Below, in pieces: positions 53,701-64,000 of a DNA stretch of 64,000 bases (position 1 is its first letter; each line of letters begins with the position of its first letter). A model generated the notes under the pieces. The model was not told the origin of the DNA. It made no database searches and worked only from the letters and a program-made list of their open reading frames with translations. A program made the position numbers and the translations under genes. Location: positions 55,368,001 through 55,432,000 of the forward strand of contig CM059432.1 in assembly GCA_030390025.1 (NCBI GenBank). Direction: 5' to 3'. This DNA comes from Squalus acanthias (taxonomy: Eukaryota).

Positions 53701-54547
53701 CTCAAGTCCCTGGAGTGGGACTTGAGCCCACAACCTTCTGACCTCCGAGGCGAGTGTGCTACCAACTGAGCCACAGCTGACACATGGGCCAAATGGCCAC
53801 CTTTTATGCTTTAAACTTCCATGGTTGTAATTTTTTACTGGAGTAAGGAATCCTAACTGGTATTTGAAACTACAAAGGTATATCTTAGCATAAAGTGCAC
53901 TGGAATATTCATTCCAAAATCACTTGTCATTTTTCACCCTGCTTTAAAAATAACTGACCATGCCTTTTGGTTTCTTTCCCTCTTCCCTCTCCTCTCCCCA
54001 CCCCAAATTCTTTACTTCCTGCTCTTGTAAAGCTGTATGAAGCATTTGTCTATATGGGACGTGCTATATAAATGAGAATTATATTCCCATCAAGAAGTGT
54101 TCTTTGGTATCCAGCTGCTACAAATAGTCTACCTTTTAATTAGTTGGTTAGACTGATTCCTAAATGTATCTTTTGAAGATACCTCTGTAAGGTTACAGAA
54201 AGCAGATCACTGAATACCTGAGGGAAAATTTTAACTTTTTTTGGAGGAAAGGGGGTGGCGGGGAAGGAGATCTCCATAAATGAAGATTGTACGTGAAGCT
54301 GGCCCTGGAAATGTTCTTTAAGATTTTGTTTAGCAATTTGTGTCCTTTAAAATTAGTTTACTAACATTTATGCTGTATTTAATTGTAAAAGAAAAATAAT
54401 TTATTATTTTGCAGGAGCAATTTCGTATATGGCTCGTATTTGAGTAAAGATGAGATTGCATTCTCTGATCCTACTCCAGATGGTAAACTCTTTGCAACAC
54501 AGTATTGTGGAACACCCAGGTTCCTGGTGTACAACTTTGTCAGCTAA
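26458..54547 (+). CDS. ESCO1: ESCO1, establishment of sister chromatid cohesion N-acetyltransferase 1; 10 coding exons, 1188 aa
   Basis: Exons assembled by hand; all introns GT-AG with matching phases. The C-terminus has a C2H2 zinc finger (CTTCGMLY...QHFQFH) and an Eco1-type GNAT domain ([48 protein letters not shown]). [13 protein letters not shown] and the N-terminal [10 protein letters not shown] motif match ESCO1 rather than ESCO2, from recalled sequences. Confidence 0.96.
29051..31589 (+). CDS. ESCO1: ESCO1 exon 2, 2539 nt, K/S/T-rich disordered N-terminal region
   Basis: Stop-free frame (ORF 29109-31763); acceptor TTTAATAG|G; donor GAG|GTATTT (alternative in-frame donor after 31610); contains [17 protein letters not shown]. 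Confidence 0.9.
31690..33385 (-). mobile_element. Composite CR1 fragments (RT and endonuclease parts) in ESCO1 intron 2
   Basis: [38 protein letters not shown]...GGVAL. Confidence 0.85.
33390..34250 (+). mobile_element. Diverged 3' fragment of the second CR1-like LINE family
   Basis: Colinear with 51800-52770 (ggctacaagagcaggtcagag; gttcaagaaggcccaccatcaccttctcaa). Confidence 0.8.
37072..37368 (+). mobile_element. RTE-clade LINE 3' fragment
   Basis: [29 protein letters not shown] zinc-knuckle end, (AAG)n tail. Confidence 0.8.
38077..38185 (+). CDS. ESCO1: ESCO1 exon 3 ([16 protein letters not shown]...IESE-G)
   Basis: ttttcttcag acceptor, G|GTAAAG donor, phases 0/1 fit the neighbouring exons; resembles the ESCO1 SFxLHLxSSPE motif. 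Confidence 0.85.
39021..39090 (+). CDS. ESCO1: ESCO1 exon 4 ([22 protein letters not shown])
   Basis: ttgtag acceptor, AG|GTACTT donor; phases 1/2 bridge exons 3 and 5 exactly. Confidence 0.75.
39993..40205 (+). mobile_element. Two adjacent CR1 3'-end fragments
   Basis: Match the CR1 3'UTRs at 58815-58870 and 23120-23245. Confidence 0.75.
41267..41387 (+). CDS. ESCO1: ESCO1 exon 5 (VSLSNQPT...DGDLQQPNI)
   Basis: tttcttcaaag acceptor, ATT|GTAAGT donor; ends in QxxI just before DAGQK. Confidence 0.8.
42217..42348 (+). CDS. ESCO1: ESCO1 exon 6, C2H2 zinc finger ([44 protein letters not shown])
   Basis: cttcacag acceptor, GTG|GTAAGC donor; Eco1-family zinc finger. Confidence 0.96.
43374..43463 (+). 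CDS. ESCO1: ESCO1 exon 7 ([30 protein letters not shown])
   Basis: AG/GT boundaries, 30 codons, conserved ESCO sequence. Confidence 0.96.
44258..44401 (+). CDS. ESCO1: ESCO1 exon 8 ([16 protein letters not shown]...[12 protein letters not shown])
   Basis: AG/GT boundaries, 48 codons, acetyltransferase domain. Confidence 0.96.
44744..44928 (+). CDS. ESCO1: ESCO1 exon 9 (GFRVIADK...[37 protein letters not shown])
   Basis: AG/GT boundaries; acetyl-CoA-binding motif A region. Confidence 0.96.
45179..45836. mobile_element. Non-autonomous Harbinger-type element in ESCO1 intron 9
   Basis: Imperfect TIR TGGCTGGAAATTG vs GGCCCTGAAATTG (reverse complement); GC-rich subtermini, AT-rich centre. Confidence 0.6.
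46950..47560 (-). mobile_element. Ancient, heavily decayed non-LTR retrotransposon RT relic
   Basis: RT motifs in the correct order on the minus strand: [37 protein letters not shown]; boundaries approximate. Confidence 0.55.
48513..48710 (-). mobile_element. 5' part of a tRNA-derived DeuSINE
   Basis: Homologous to 53585-53782; B-box GGTTCAAGTCC on the minus strand. Confidence 0.8.
48725..49580 (-). mobile_element. L2 LINE 3' fragment
   Basis: [37 protein letters not shown]; homologous to 12027-12691. Confidence 0.85.
49595..50597 (-). mobile_element. Second CR1-like LINE family, internally deleted copy
   Basis: [33 protein letters not shown]; inverted relative to 51095-52838. Confidence 0.88.
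51095..52838 (+). mobile_element. Second CR1-like LINE family, 5'-truncated RT copy with A-tail
   Basis: [53 protein letters not shown] and an A-run at 52830. Confidence 0.92.
53313..53782 (-). mobile_element. Full-length tRNA-derived DeuSINE (SacSINE1-like)
   Basis: A-box TGGCTCAGTTGG, B-box-like GGCTCAAGTCC, Deu core (AAAAGATCCCATGGCAC; GCTGTGTGCAAATTGGCTGCC), L2-like tail with (TTTC)n; GACACATG duplicated at 53305-53312 and 53779-53786. Confidence 0.85.
54415..54547 (+). CDS. ESCO1: ESCO1 last coding exon ([43 protein letters not shown])
   Basis: ttttgcag acceptor, phase fits exon 9, FSDPT motif, TAA at 54545-54547. Confidence 0.96.
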
Positions 54548-57500
54548 CCTCACACAGATCCATGCAAGAGACTTCTCAACTACCGGTGAAGATGTCTTAA
54601 TACAGCCTTAGACAACTGCTATAATTGTATGACCTGTTCACAAATGTGACCCATAGTTTCAGGAGCTGAACTGTACCGCTTTTTATTACTGTGAACTCAG
54701 GACCGATGGCAACCAAATGGTTGTTTATATTTTAGAAAACTGGAAAGGATGCAGTAACATTTGACATTCTTTTTGATTTGTATTTTGTCTCTTCAGAAAA
54801 GCATGCCTTTTTATTAAATTTAGTTCAGTCATGCTTACAGATTTTAGGATGTTTTCTGTAAGGCAGGAAAACCATTAACTGTATAAATGTTAAACTTGTT
54901 ATACAATGTACATAAAATATGCTATATAATTGAGAAAATTAGTATTGGGGTTTCCAAAACTGTTCTGTGGCCTTCTTGGTCTGTATATACTGTACAGCGA
55001 ACAAGCAGCTTTGAATGTTTTTTTTGGAGAATTAAGTGAGTGGTCTGATATCTGGGTTATTGTGAAAGGTGTTACTGGAACTTTCCTAGTTTCTTTCAGG
55101 GATATCAGACTGCTGCACTAAAAGCAAAACTGCTTTTGAGGTTATCTGATCAGTTACATATTTTGTCAAACTATTAAAAATCTTGCTGTTGGTTTTGCTC
55201 TGGGAATATACAGTTGTCAAAGTTCAAAATGTAATACCTCATTTAGTATTGATAAACCACTGCAATATTTGGTGTTCAAGATCATAATTGGCACCTTGTA
55301 TTAATGTCTTGACTCTTGGTTTTGAAAAGATTTGTTAAATCTGATAACTGTGCCTTTTTCACTGTAGGTCAGACTTTGGGATTGAATGCAATGGTTTTAA
55401 CTGGTTTAACTCTATTGGATACTTATATAAAATAGCTTTGATTGGCTTTATTTTAAAACTTTTAAGGAACAGCTGATCAATTCAGTACATGAAGATCAGT
55501 AAGCAAACTCCATTGCTGAGAAAATAAACATGGATTGAAAGATTGTTACCAACCTTTGTGGTAAATACTAAAGCAAAATTCACTGAAGACTTTCATATTA
55601 CTTGCCACTACTTTCAATCTTTGTTTCACTTTGATCTGTATTGTTGAGAGTCTACGTTTTGATTTGAGGTAAAGAGAGCAATGAGGTCTGAAGGTGAGAA
55701 TCTGAAACTGATGATGCTAATAATTAGTGGGTTTTACCAGAACTAAACTGTCCTAAACAAAATATTTGAAGTTTATTTATGCTTTAGAAAGTGTGTAAGA
55801 AATCTAGCATTTCAACGTCAGAGGTCAGTCTGGTTATCTTGCCTGTTGTACTTGAAGTGGGATTACTTGACTGTTTATAAAAAAAAAAATGTAAAATTCA
55901 GAGTACGTCTCCCAGTAGGAGTAAAACTGAAATGTTCTACAGATGGAGGAGTCAAGTTCTAGCTTTTAAATTCAGTTTTGTATTCCTGAACCTGGTGAGC
56001 TCACTTCTTGAATACATTTTAAAATCTTTTCATCAAGGACAGTGACCTGCTGTAGGAGCCACTGTAAGGAGCCACTGTAATGCGCATTCTTTTAAGGTCT
56101 CCGGTTTAAGCCATAATCTGCAGAATCCCAAGGTATTGAATGAATGACTCCTGGACTGTTTGCATTTATGTACCTTTCTTAACCTGGGTCACTTGGATAA
56201 GAAGTAAAACATTCTTGTGTTGCTTGAAGTTTAGATGATTTTTAGTTTCTGGTTATGATGAGTAAGTGTTTTAAACTAAAATTGTTCTGGTATAGTCAAG
56301 TTTAATTTTAACAGAATGGGTTTGAAGTGGAAAATAGGAATATATATTATATAAGGAAACAATTTAATGCTAAAGGTTTGTAATATTGGCTACATTTATT
56401 TTATTAAAAACACTTACTTATCCTATTTACAGCATTCTAAAACCTCAAAAGATACAATGAAGTCTGATCCGCAATTTACAACAGTAGAACAAACTCTAGA
56501 ACTGATCATATACCCAGTGATCTTTTCAGTCGCCCGAGTTCAGAATGGTTAACATTTACCTCGTGTAATATAATTATTTGTAAATAGGTATAGAATTGTC
56601 AAGTTGGAGCAGTGGGATACAGAAAATTAGTGAGGTCCAGAAGATGTAATCCTAAAGCTGAAGGGTGGTTAGAATACATTTCATTATTTCTTCATGTATT
56701 GTTTTCCAATATCCCACTGCTCCCAAGGTGGTAATTCTGTTTATACCATAATGGTACAATAAGAAAATGTTTTTTTTAAACAGTTAAATGCTGGTGAATG
56801 TCATGTGGCCCAAGGTCATGTGCTATTATCAACATTGCTTACAAATTACAGGTTATAAAATAACCCACTGCAACTCAGACATGTGTGGTATGAATCTATA
56901 CATGATTGTGTGTATGTGTGTGTATAATATATATATACACACACACACACACACCAGTTCCGATTTGTTTGACTGGGAGGAGGTTAAAGTTGTTAATGTG
57001 ATGCTGTACATCACTCCCTCAACCTAGTACTGTATATGCACTAAATGTTAAATGGACCAAATGCAGATGGGTTGAAATTAACTTTCCAGTTTGACTTTTA
57101 CTTTTAAACAGTTTCAGAATTAATCTTCTGAGCAGACCTATATTTGCATTTAAAAGGATTGCTTAACGGGTAACTTGAAAATCCTATGATTTTAAGAAAC
57201 CATGCACAACTGAATGTCTAAACCATTCAGTACTATCTGACAAAAATATTTGAAAAAGTAAACCTACTTTTTTTAGTGAATACATTAATTTTATATCTGT
57301 CTTTTATGGAACTAATTTTGCAAGTTACTGCAGATTGTTTAACAATTTGAGTGGAAAAATACAGCCCCCGCCCTGTAAGTTTTAACTGATGCCATTCTTG
57401 TGTGTTTGTTATCTTGGTCAACTTTATCTTGTGATTCAGCCACATGTCTGTTGTGTATTTTTCTGAAAGGAAAAGACTATTACTAATGCATCCAATTGGA

Positions 57501-57720
57501 AGATACACAACACCATGTGTATTTGCTCCTGTTAAATACTTTGTAACTAAGAAAATGCTCTGGAGTTTAAATTATAAATGACTTTGTTAATACAATAAAT
57601 TTGATTTGTTGGAGGGCTAAGTGCTGTTTAGGTGAATTATTTCTGGTAAATTGTGCAAACCGTCAAATTACTGTAGGTTAATAAACTGCTGGAGTAGAAC
57701 TAAATAAAATGCTTTTGTTA
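54548..57720 (+). other. ESCO1: Putative ESCO1 3'UTR with distal polyadenylation signals
   Basis: AT-rich stretch with no recognisable TE after the stop; AATAAA at 57594, 57680 and 57703 (proximal one near 55523); true end is inferred. Confidence 0.55.
56907..56954. repeat. (TG)n-(TA)n-(CA)n compound microsatellite
   Basis: Read directly from the sequence; self-complementary arrangement. Confidence 0.85.
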
Positions 57721-58309
57721 AGATTTTCTTCCCTTCCCTTGGGTCTCTCCACATCATACATTGTCTCTGGATGTGTGACCTGTTGCAGACCTTCACCATT
57801 ACTTCTGTGAAACCCAGCTATAACTTGAGGGTGACTCTCCTGATTTACCCATCCCCTCCCCTTGCCCCTCCCCCCCCCCCCCCCCCCCTCAAAAAGAAAA
57901 TACTAAAGCGCCTAGCCTTTGCTGGGTGTATCTCCATGTTGGCTGAACTGATCAGTAACTCATTCTGTGGTGAATGTTGGTGTGCACCAGCAATTTTGGG
58001 TTTCGATTACGTTGTGCTGCCCTAAAATCCTAAAGTTTTATAATTTAAATGAATCTCTTGTATCTATTCCATGGATATCCTAAACACATGTTTTCTGTAA
58101 TCCGATGGCACTGTAAAATTTTTGATGTGTTTCAATGAGACCCAATGCCTTGTGTGTATCCACTCCTGTTAGGGCATCTGACTTGGGCAACTCTTAATTT
58201 GAATGCATTTATCCTTCAAAGTACAATTGGATTATAAGAACCTTGTTAATTATTTAGCAATTTAATGGTCTTTCACATGAATAATCACGTGGAAATAACT
58301 GATGAACAG

Positions 58310-58880
58310 TGGGTTTAACATTTTTGAAACAGGTTACCCAATTAGAGTTACTGTGCACAGTTCTGGTCTCCATATTATAAAAAGGATTATTATAAATAGA
58401 AGCACTGGAGAAGGTGCAAAAAAACATTTTTACGAGGATGATACTACATCTGAGCGGTTATACCTATCGGGAAACAGGCTGGGGCTCTTTTCTCAGGAAA
58501 GAGAAGACTGAGGGCTGACCTGATGGAGGTCTTTAAGATTATGAAATGGTTTGATAGGTTAGACATAGAGAAACTGTTTTCACTTTTGGGGAGACCAAAA
58601 CTAGGGATCATAAATATAAGACAGTCACTAATAAATCCAATAGAGAATTCAGGGGAAACGTCTTTACCCAGAGTGTGGTTAGAATGTGGAACTTGCTACC
58701 ACAAGGAGTAGCTGAGGTGAATAGCATAGATGCATTTAAGGGGAAGCTAGATAAACACATGAGGCAGAAAGGAATAGAAGGATATGTTGATAGAGTTAGA
58801 TAAAGTAGGGTGGGAGGAGGCTCATGTGGAGCATAAACCAGTTGGGCTAAATGGCCTGGTTCTGTGCTTTGCATTTATGT
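58310..58880 (+). mobile_element. CR1 3' fragment
   Basis: Degenerate RLGLFS...DLMEVFKIMK.FDRLD and a CR1 3'UTR. Confidence 0.8.
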
Positions 58881-59869
58881 AATTGGACTGCTGTTGGGAA
58901 AATAGAGATATTTGGAATGAGGCCTTGTATTCAATGTGGAGCTGGGAATGGTTATGTGACTACTATAGGAAATAAATTTCTTAAAGGGGCAATATCTCAT
59001 GAATCCCTTATTTGGCAGAATGCATATTTGTAGAGCAAGCATTATAAAATTGTCCTCCAGTACTGAGTAAACTCAATAAATAAGCTAAATATTTGAAATC
59101 AATTCTGGACCTTGTGTGATTTCCATCCTTGGATTTCCAATTATTTGCCCCTTTAACCCCCCCCCCCCCCCTCTAATTCCATCAAATTGATCTGAGTGGT
59201 GGGTTTCCTTTATCTGTGCAGCACTAACAAACTAGAGTTCCTATTCCAACAGAAGATTCCTCAATGATATTTCACATACAAATCTGATTAAGGCAAAGAC
59301 TTCTCCAAGACTGGACAACCACAGGAAAGGAGGTGTGCCCAAGGGGTGTCTCAAATGAAGAATGCCAGATTAGTAAATCTATTGAGTCAAGTCATCCATT
59401 AACAAATAGTTATAGGATGCGTTTGGAGATAACCAATATAGATCACTACGCAATGAACAGCAACTGATTGGCGTGGTGGTATGGCCTGTAGTCCAAGGGC
59501 TCTGGCTTAGTCTTATTGACCTACAACCAAAGCTTTTAGTTTCCTCACCCCATTCCCCAAAGGCCTTTATCTCCTGAAAGTGATGTGTTATGTGTATTTC
59601 CATAGGTGGTAGTGCCAGGCTACTAGATTACCCAGATACTCCGAGCAGGGAGTGATGTTGGTTATAGGTTAATTGCAGCTAATGCTGACCACCTGGCAGG
59701 CAGTTCCAGCAGGGCTCACTGGTGATTCCTCATCACTTCAGTGAACTAACTATTGAGAATAACTTTCTCAGGATCAGCAGGAAGCCTTTTTATCAAAAAG
59801 GCTTTGGTATTCGAAGTAAAGCAGCTGCTTCTTTGTCAACCACCGCCACAAAGGTGGGATTTGTTCATA

Positions 59870-60487
59870 GTAACAACAACTTGCATTTATATAGCATTGT
59901 TAACATAGTAAAATGTCCCAAGGTGCTTCACAGGAGCATAATCAGATAAAACTTGACTGAGCCAAAGGAGGAGCTATTAGACCAGCTCAAAGAGCTAGGT
60001 TTTAAGGAGGATCTTAAGAGGAAGGAGAGGTGTAGGGAGGGAACTTCAAAGCTTGGGGCCTAGACGTCTGATGACACAGCTGCCAATGGTGGAGCAAAGG
60101 AAGTGGGGGATGCACAGGATGCCAGAGTGGGAGAAAAGCAGAGTTTTTGGAGGATGGGAGGGGTGGCGAAGGTTAGAGATGGGGAGGGTCAAGGCTATAG
60201 AGGGATTTGAACGCAAGAATTTTAAATTTGAGGCGTTGGACTGGGAGCCAATGTAGGTCAGCGAGCACAGGGGTGATGGGTGAACGGGACTTGGTACGAG
60301 TTAGGACATGGCAGCAGAGTTTTGGATGACAAGTTTACATAGGTTAGAACGTGGGAGGCCAGCCAGGAGTGCGTTGCAATAGTCCAAGTCTAGAGGTAAC
60401 AAAGGCATGGATGAGGGTTTCAACAGCTGATGCGATGAGGCAGGACCGAAGATGGGTCATGTTAGAGGTGGAAGTAGGCAGTCTTAA
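59870..60487 (-). mobile_element. L2 LINE 3' fragment
   Basis: Colinear with 12027-12690, including the (CAA)n tail. Confidence 0.85.
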
Positions 60488-60585
60488 TTGGAGGTAATTT
60501 CAGCTCATCCACAAAGGAGTAAATCAATTTTTAATTTGTACCAGTTTTTGTATTATGATTGGGTTTCTCAGCTACAAAAGGCAGT

Positions 60586-61125
60586 AGGCCAAATCTTGCT
60601 TGAGCAGGGTATCTCGTGGTGTGCGCTGTTAGACTTTCCTGCACTCTTCAGTTGGAATATAATTTGTGCTGTAACTTGCTGGTAAGGGCAAAGGGACATC
60701 TTGGACCTTGGTGAAAAATGGGACTAACAGTATATCTCAACCAATGAGATTTAAGGATTGAGAAAGAAACTGACAAAGGAAAAGTAAGAAAAAATAAATT
60801 GAAAAACTCAATTTACAACACACAGGAGTGAGACTCAACAGTTTAAATTGTTCCTTTTCTGAGCCAGAGGGGTTGATTAACAATTATCATATTAAAAGGG
60901 TATTTGCGCTGTTAATTAAGCAATTATTGCAATTAATGTGCAAATCCAGCAAGTTCTCAAAAGTAACAGGGTGGCGAAGGGCAAGATGCGGCGTAAATCA
61001 ATCAAGTTCTGGAGATTCGCAACTCATGCCGTATCTCTCCTTCCACTGAAGTCGCTGGCCAATTTGTGCATTAATAACGATGGGTGTCATTAACACGCTG
61101 TTATTTTTTCAGGAAGATTTGGCCC
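60586..61125. mobile_element. Non-autonomous Harbinger-type element (MITE)
   Basis: TIR AGGCCAAATCTTGCT vs GGGCCAAATCTTCCT (reverse complement); 3-bp TSD AGT (60583-60585, 61126-61128). Confidence 0.78.
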
Positions 61126-61129
61126 AGTA

Positions 61130-63230
61130 TGTTTTGTATAAAGAAACTCCAAATTCTGGAGAAAAGTAATTGGATGATGGACAGAAAAATTAGCTTGGCC
61201 TTTGCTACCCTGACCAGTAATAACATCCTCTACAGTGATGGTAGAAGAACAGTGATGCAGATGAAGTACAACTAGAGGGGAAAACAGGTTAAGTGGAAAA
61301 GGTGGAGAGGCACGGATATTTTTGCATAGTATAGGGCTCTTGTATAGATTTTCGTGAAAACGAATGTCCCAGGTATCCATGCTTACTTTTATCAATACTA
61401 GAACAGGTTTTTCTAAACATGAATTCACATTTTTCTGGCTGTGGCATCCAATTTATGATTGGCAGCCACCCATGTGCAATGTTACTGCAACCAAAAGCAA
61501 AATTAACAATTCTCCTGCAAAATTGAGAACACAAAAGGGAACCCAAAAATCTTTTATAAACATATAAATAGTAAAAGGGTAGTCAAAGGAAGGGTGGGAC
61601 CAATTAGGGATCAAAAAGGATATCTTGTAGAGGTAGAGGGTATGGATGAGGTACTAAATGAGTACCGACGAAGGGTTTCGACCTGAAACGTTAACTCTCT
61701 TTCTCTCTCCACGGATGTTGCCTGGCCTGCTGAGTTTTTCCAGCGTTTTCTGTTATTTCTGATTTCCAGCATCCGCAGTATTTTGCTATCGTACTAAATG
61801 AGTACATCTGTCTTCATTAAAGAAGAGGATGTTGCCAATGTCACAATAAGAGGAGGTGGTACAGAAATTGGATAGGCTAAAAATAGATAAACAGGAGGTA
61901 CTTAAGATTGGCAGTGCTCAAAGTAGAAAAGTCACCTGGTCCGGATGGGATGCATCCTAGGTTGCTGAGGGAAGTAAGGGTGGAAATTGCAGAGGCTCTG
62001 GCCACAATCTTCCAATCCTCCTTGGATATGAGAGAAAACTGGAGAATTGCAAATGTTACACCCTTGTTCAAAAAAGGGAGAGGGATAAACCCGGCAACTA
62101 CAAGCCAGTCAGCCCAACGGTGGTGATGGGAGAACTTTTAAGAGACAATAATCCGAAACAAGCTTAATTGTCACTTGGAAAAATATGGGTTAATAGCCAG
62201 TACGGATATGTTCAAGGCAAATCGTATTTGACTTACTTGATTGAGTTCTTTGATGAAGTAATGGAGAGGGTTAATGAAGGTAGTGCGGTTGATGTTGCAT
62301 ATATGGACTTTAAAAAGGTGTTTGATAAAGTACCACATAATAGACTTGTTAGCAAAATTGAAGTCCATGGGATTAAAGGGCCAGTGGTAGCATAGATACG
62401 ACATTGGCTAAAGGACAGAAAGCAGAATAGTGGTGAGTGGCTGTTTTTCAGACTGGAGGGAAGTATACAGTGGTGTGTGTGTCCCGTCCAGTTTCTCCCT
62501 CCCACCTTGGGGGATTAGGACCACTGCTCTTTTTGATATACATTAATGGCCTGGACTTGGGTATACGGGGCATCATTTCAAAGTTTGCAGATAACTCAAA
62601 TGTAGTAAACAGCGAGGAGGATAGTGCCAGACTTCAGGAGAACATAGACAAACTAGTGAAATGGGCAGACACCTGGCAGATGAAATTTAATGCTGTGAAG
62701 TGATGCATTTTGGTAGGAAGAAAGAGACCATATAAACTAAATTATACAATTTTAAAGGGGGTGCAGGTACAGAGAGACCTGGGGGGTGTACGTGTACAAA
62801 CCTTTGAAGGCTGTTTTTAAAAAAAACATGGAATCCTTGGCTTTATACACAGAGGCATAGAGTACAAAAGCAAGGAAGTTGTGCTAAACATTTGTAAATC
62901 ACAGGTTAGGTCCCAGCTGGAGTATTGTGCCCAAGTCTGGGCACCACACTTTAGGAAGGAATCAAGGCCTTCGAGAGGGTGCAGAGGAGATTTACTAGAA
63001 TGGTATCAGGGATGGCAGTTATTATCTGGAATGCACTGCCTGAAACCCAGGGTGGTGGAAGCAGATTCAATAATAACTTTGAAAAGGAAATTGGATACTT
63101 GAGGGGGCAAAATTTGTAGGGCTATGGGGAAAAGGCAGAGGAGTGGGACTAATTGGATAGCTCTTTCAAAGATCTGGCACAGGGATGTTGGGCTGAATGG
63201 TCTCCTGTGCTGTAGCATTCTATGATTCTA
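61130..63230 (+). mobile_element. Decayed CR1 ORF2 with 3' end
   Basis: KSPGPDGMHPRLLRE, ANVTPLFKKG, MDFKKVFDKVPH, SKFADN, QLEYCAQVWAPH. Confidence 0.9.
61666..61790 (+). mobile_element. 125-bp Penelope-derived insertion starting within a hammerhead-like core
   Basis: Perfect 15-bp TSD GTACTAAATGAGTAC (61651-61665, 61791-61805); (C)CGACGA-A-GGGT(TTCG)ACCT-GAAAC-GTT-AAC. Confidence 0.8.
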
Positions 63231-64000
63231 ATTAAATTTTGAAATTGAAGATTTTTCAGGCTGTTCTTTACTCAGTGATCCTATTTCTAATGATGAGAGA
63301 GTTCAGCTTTAACATCCTATGTTGAATATCTGATTAAGGAGTTTGTGATAGGTTCATAGTGAAATAGAAGATTTTAATTGTGTTTTTAGTTTGTTACAGG
63401 TGAATAGCATCAATGAAAATTGTATTTTAAGGAATTGTATTTTGGTAAGTTTTTGTACATATAGTATTACTATGAGCATATGATTTTGTTACTCAGGTGT
63501 GTTATGGGACTGCTCTGAACAGGCGCAGCAGTGAAGGTACTGCTGGACTGGGTGGTAGAAAAAAGGGTTCTTTATGCAGTAATCCTTGCTGGTGACTTTG
63601 CGTCTATGGACATCAGGTGAAGACTGGATTGAAGTGCACTCTGATCCATTTAACTGGTAAATTGTCTTCCATTACACACTGAGTCCACGCAATAAGAATG
63701 GCCACTTGGCTAAGGTACTAGAGGATATCTGCCACCATGAATCCATATCTTTCAAGGCCTTCAGGAGCAATAGAATGAAGAGAGAAAATTGGGAAGGATC
63801 AAAATAAGTTTGTTAGTTAAAAGCAGACTAAACTGAATCGTGTGTTTGGTACAGGAGAAGGCTATTCAACCCATCATGCTTGTGCTAGCCCTCTCTAGAG
63901 CTATTGATTCCTATTTCCCTGCTCTCTTCCTGTGCTGTTTAATATTTATTTGTGACTATTTCCCTCTTAAATGTTGTGATTGACAACTTCAGTAGTCAGT

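Noticed and set aside
53700..53782. tRNA gene
   Set aside because: The A and B boxes belong to a SINE head continuous with the Deu core; no complete cloverleaf is evident.
63400..63536. Two small AG/GT-bounded exon candidates (63400-63444, 63497-63536)
   Set aside because: The intervening intron would be only 52 nt and the peptides are unrecognisable; unsupported without RNA data.
1..64000. CRISPR array or prokaryotic-type system
   Set aside because: No regularly spaced repeat-spacer structure; the DNA is intron-containing vertebrate sequence.

Overview
Vertebrate genomic DNA, very likely a cartilaginous fish (inferred from the shark-type CR1 LINEs, a SacSINE1-like DeuSINE and Penelope-derived repeats). 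The only host gene I can support is a complete 10-exon ESCO1 (cohesin N-acetyltransferase) on the + strand. Its CDS is join(26458-26501, 29051-31589, 38077-38185, 39021-39090, 41267-41387, 42217-42348, 43374-43463, 44258-44401, 44744-44928, 54415-54547), 3567 nt or 1188 aa, with GT-AG introns and consistent phases. It has a CpG-island promoter and a putative ~3.1 kb TE-free 3'UTR. The upstream 26 kb is a transposon nest: three decayed two-gene Harbinger elements (Myb/SANT gene plus HARBI1-type transposase), several Harbinger-type MITEs, and CR1/L2 LINEs, including a near-full-length CR1 inside a Harbinger. The least expected signal is three minimal hammerhead-ribozyme motifs in short Penelope-derived repeats. 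Two of these inserts are TSD-flanked, and the motif at 9967-10003 keeps all helices and the catalytic core. I see no evidence for a wholly new gene system.
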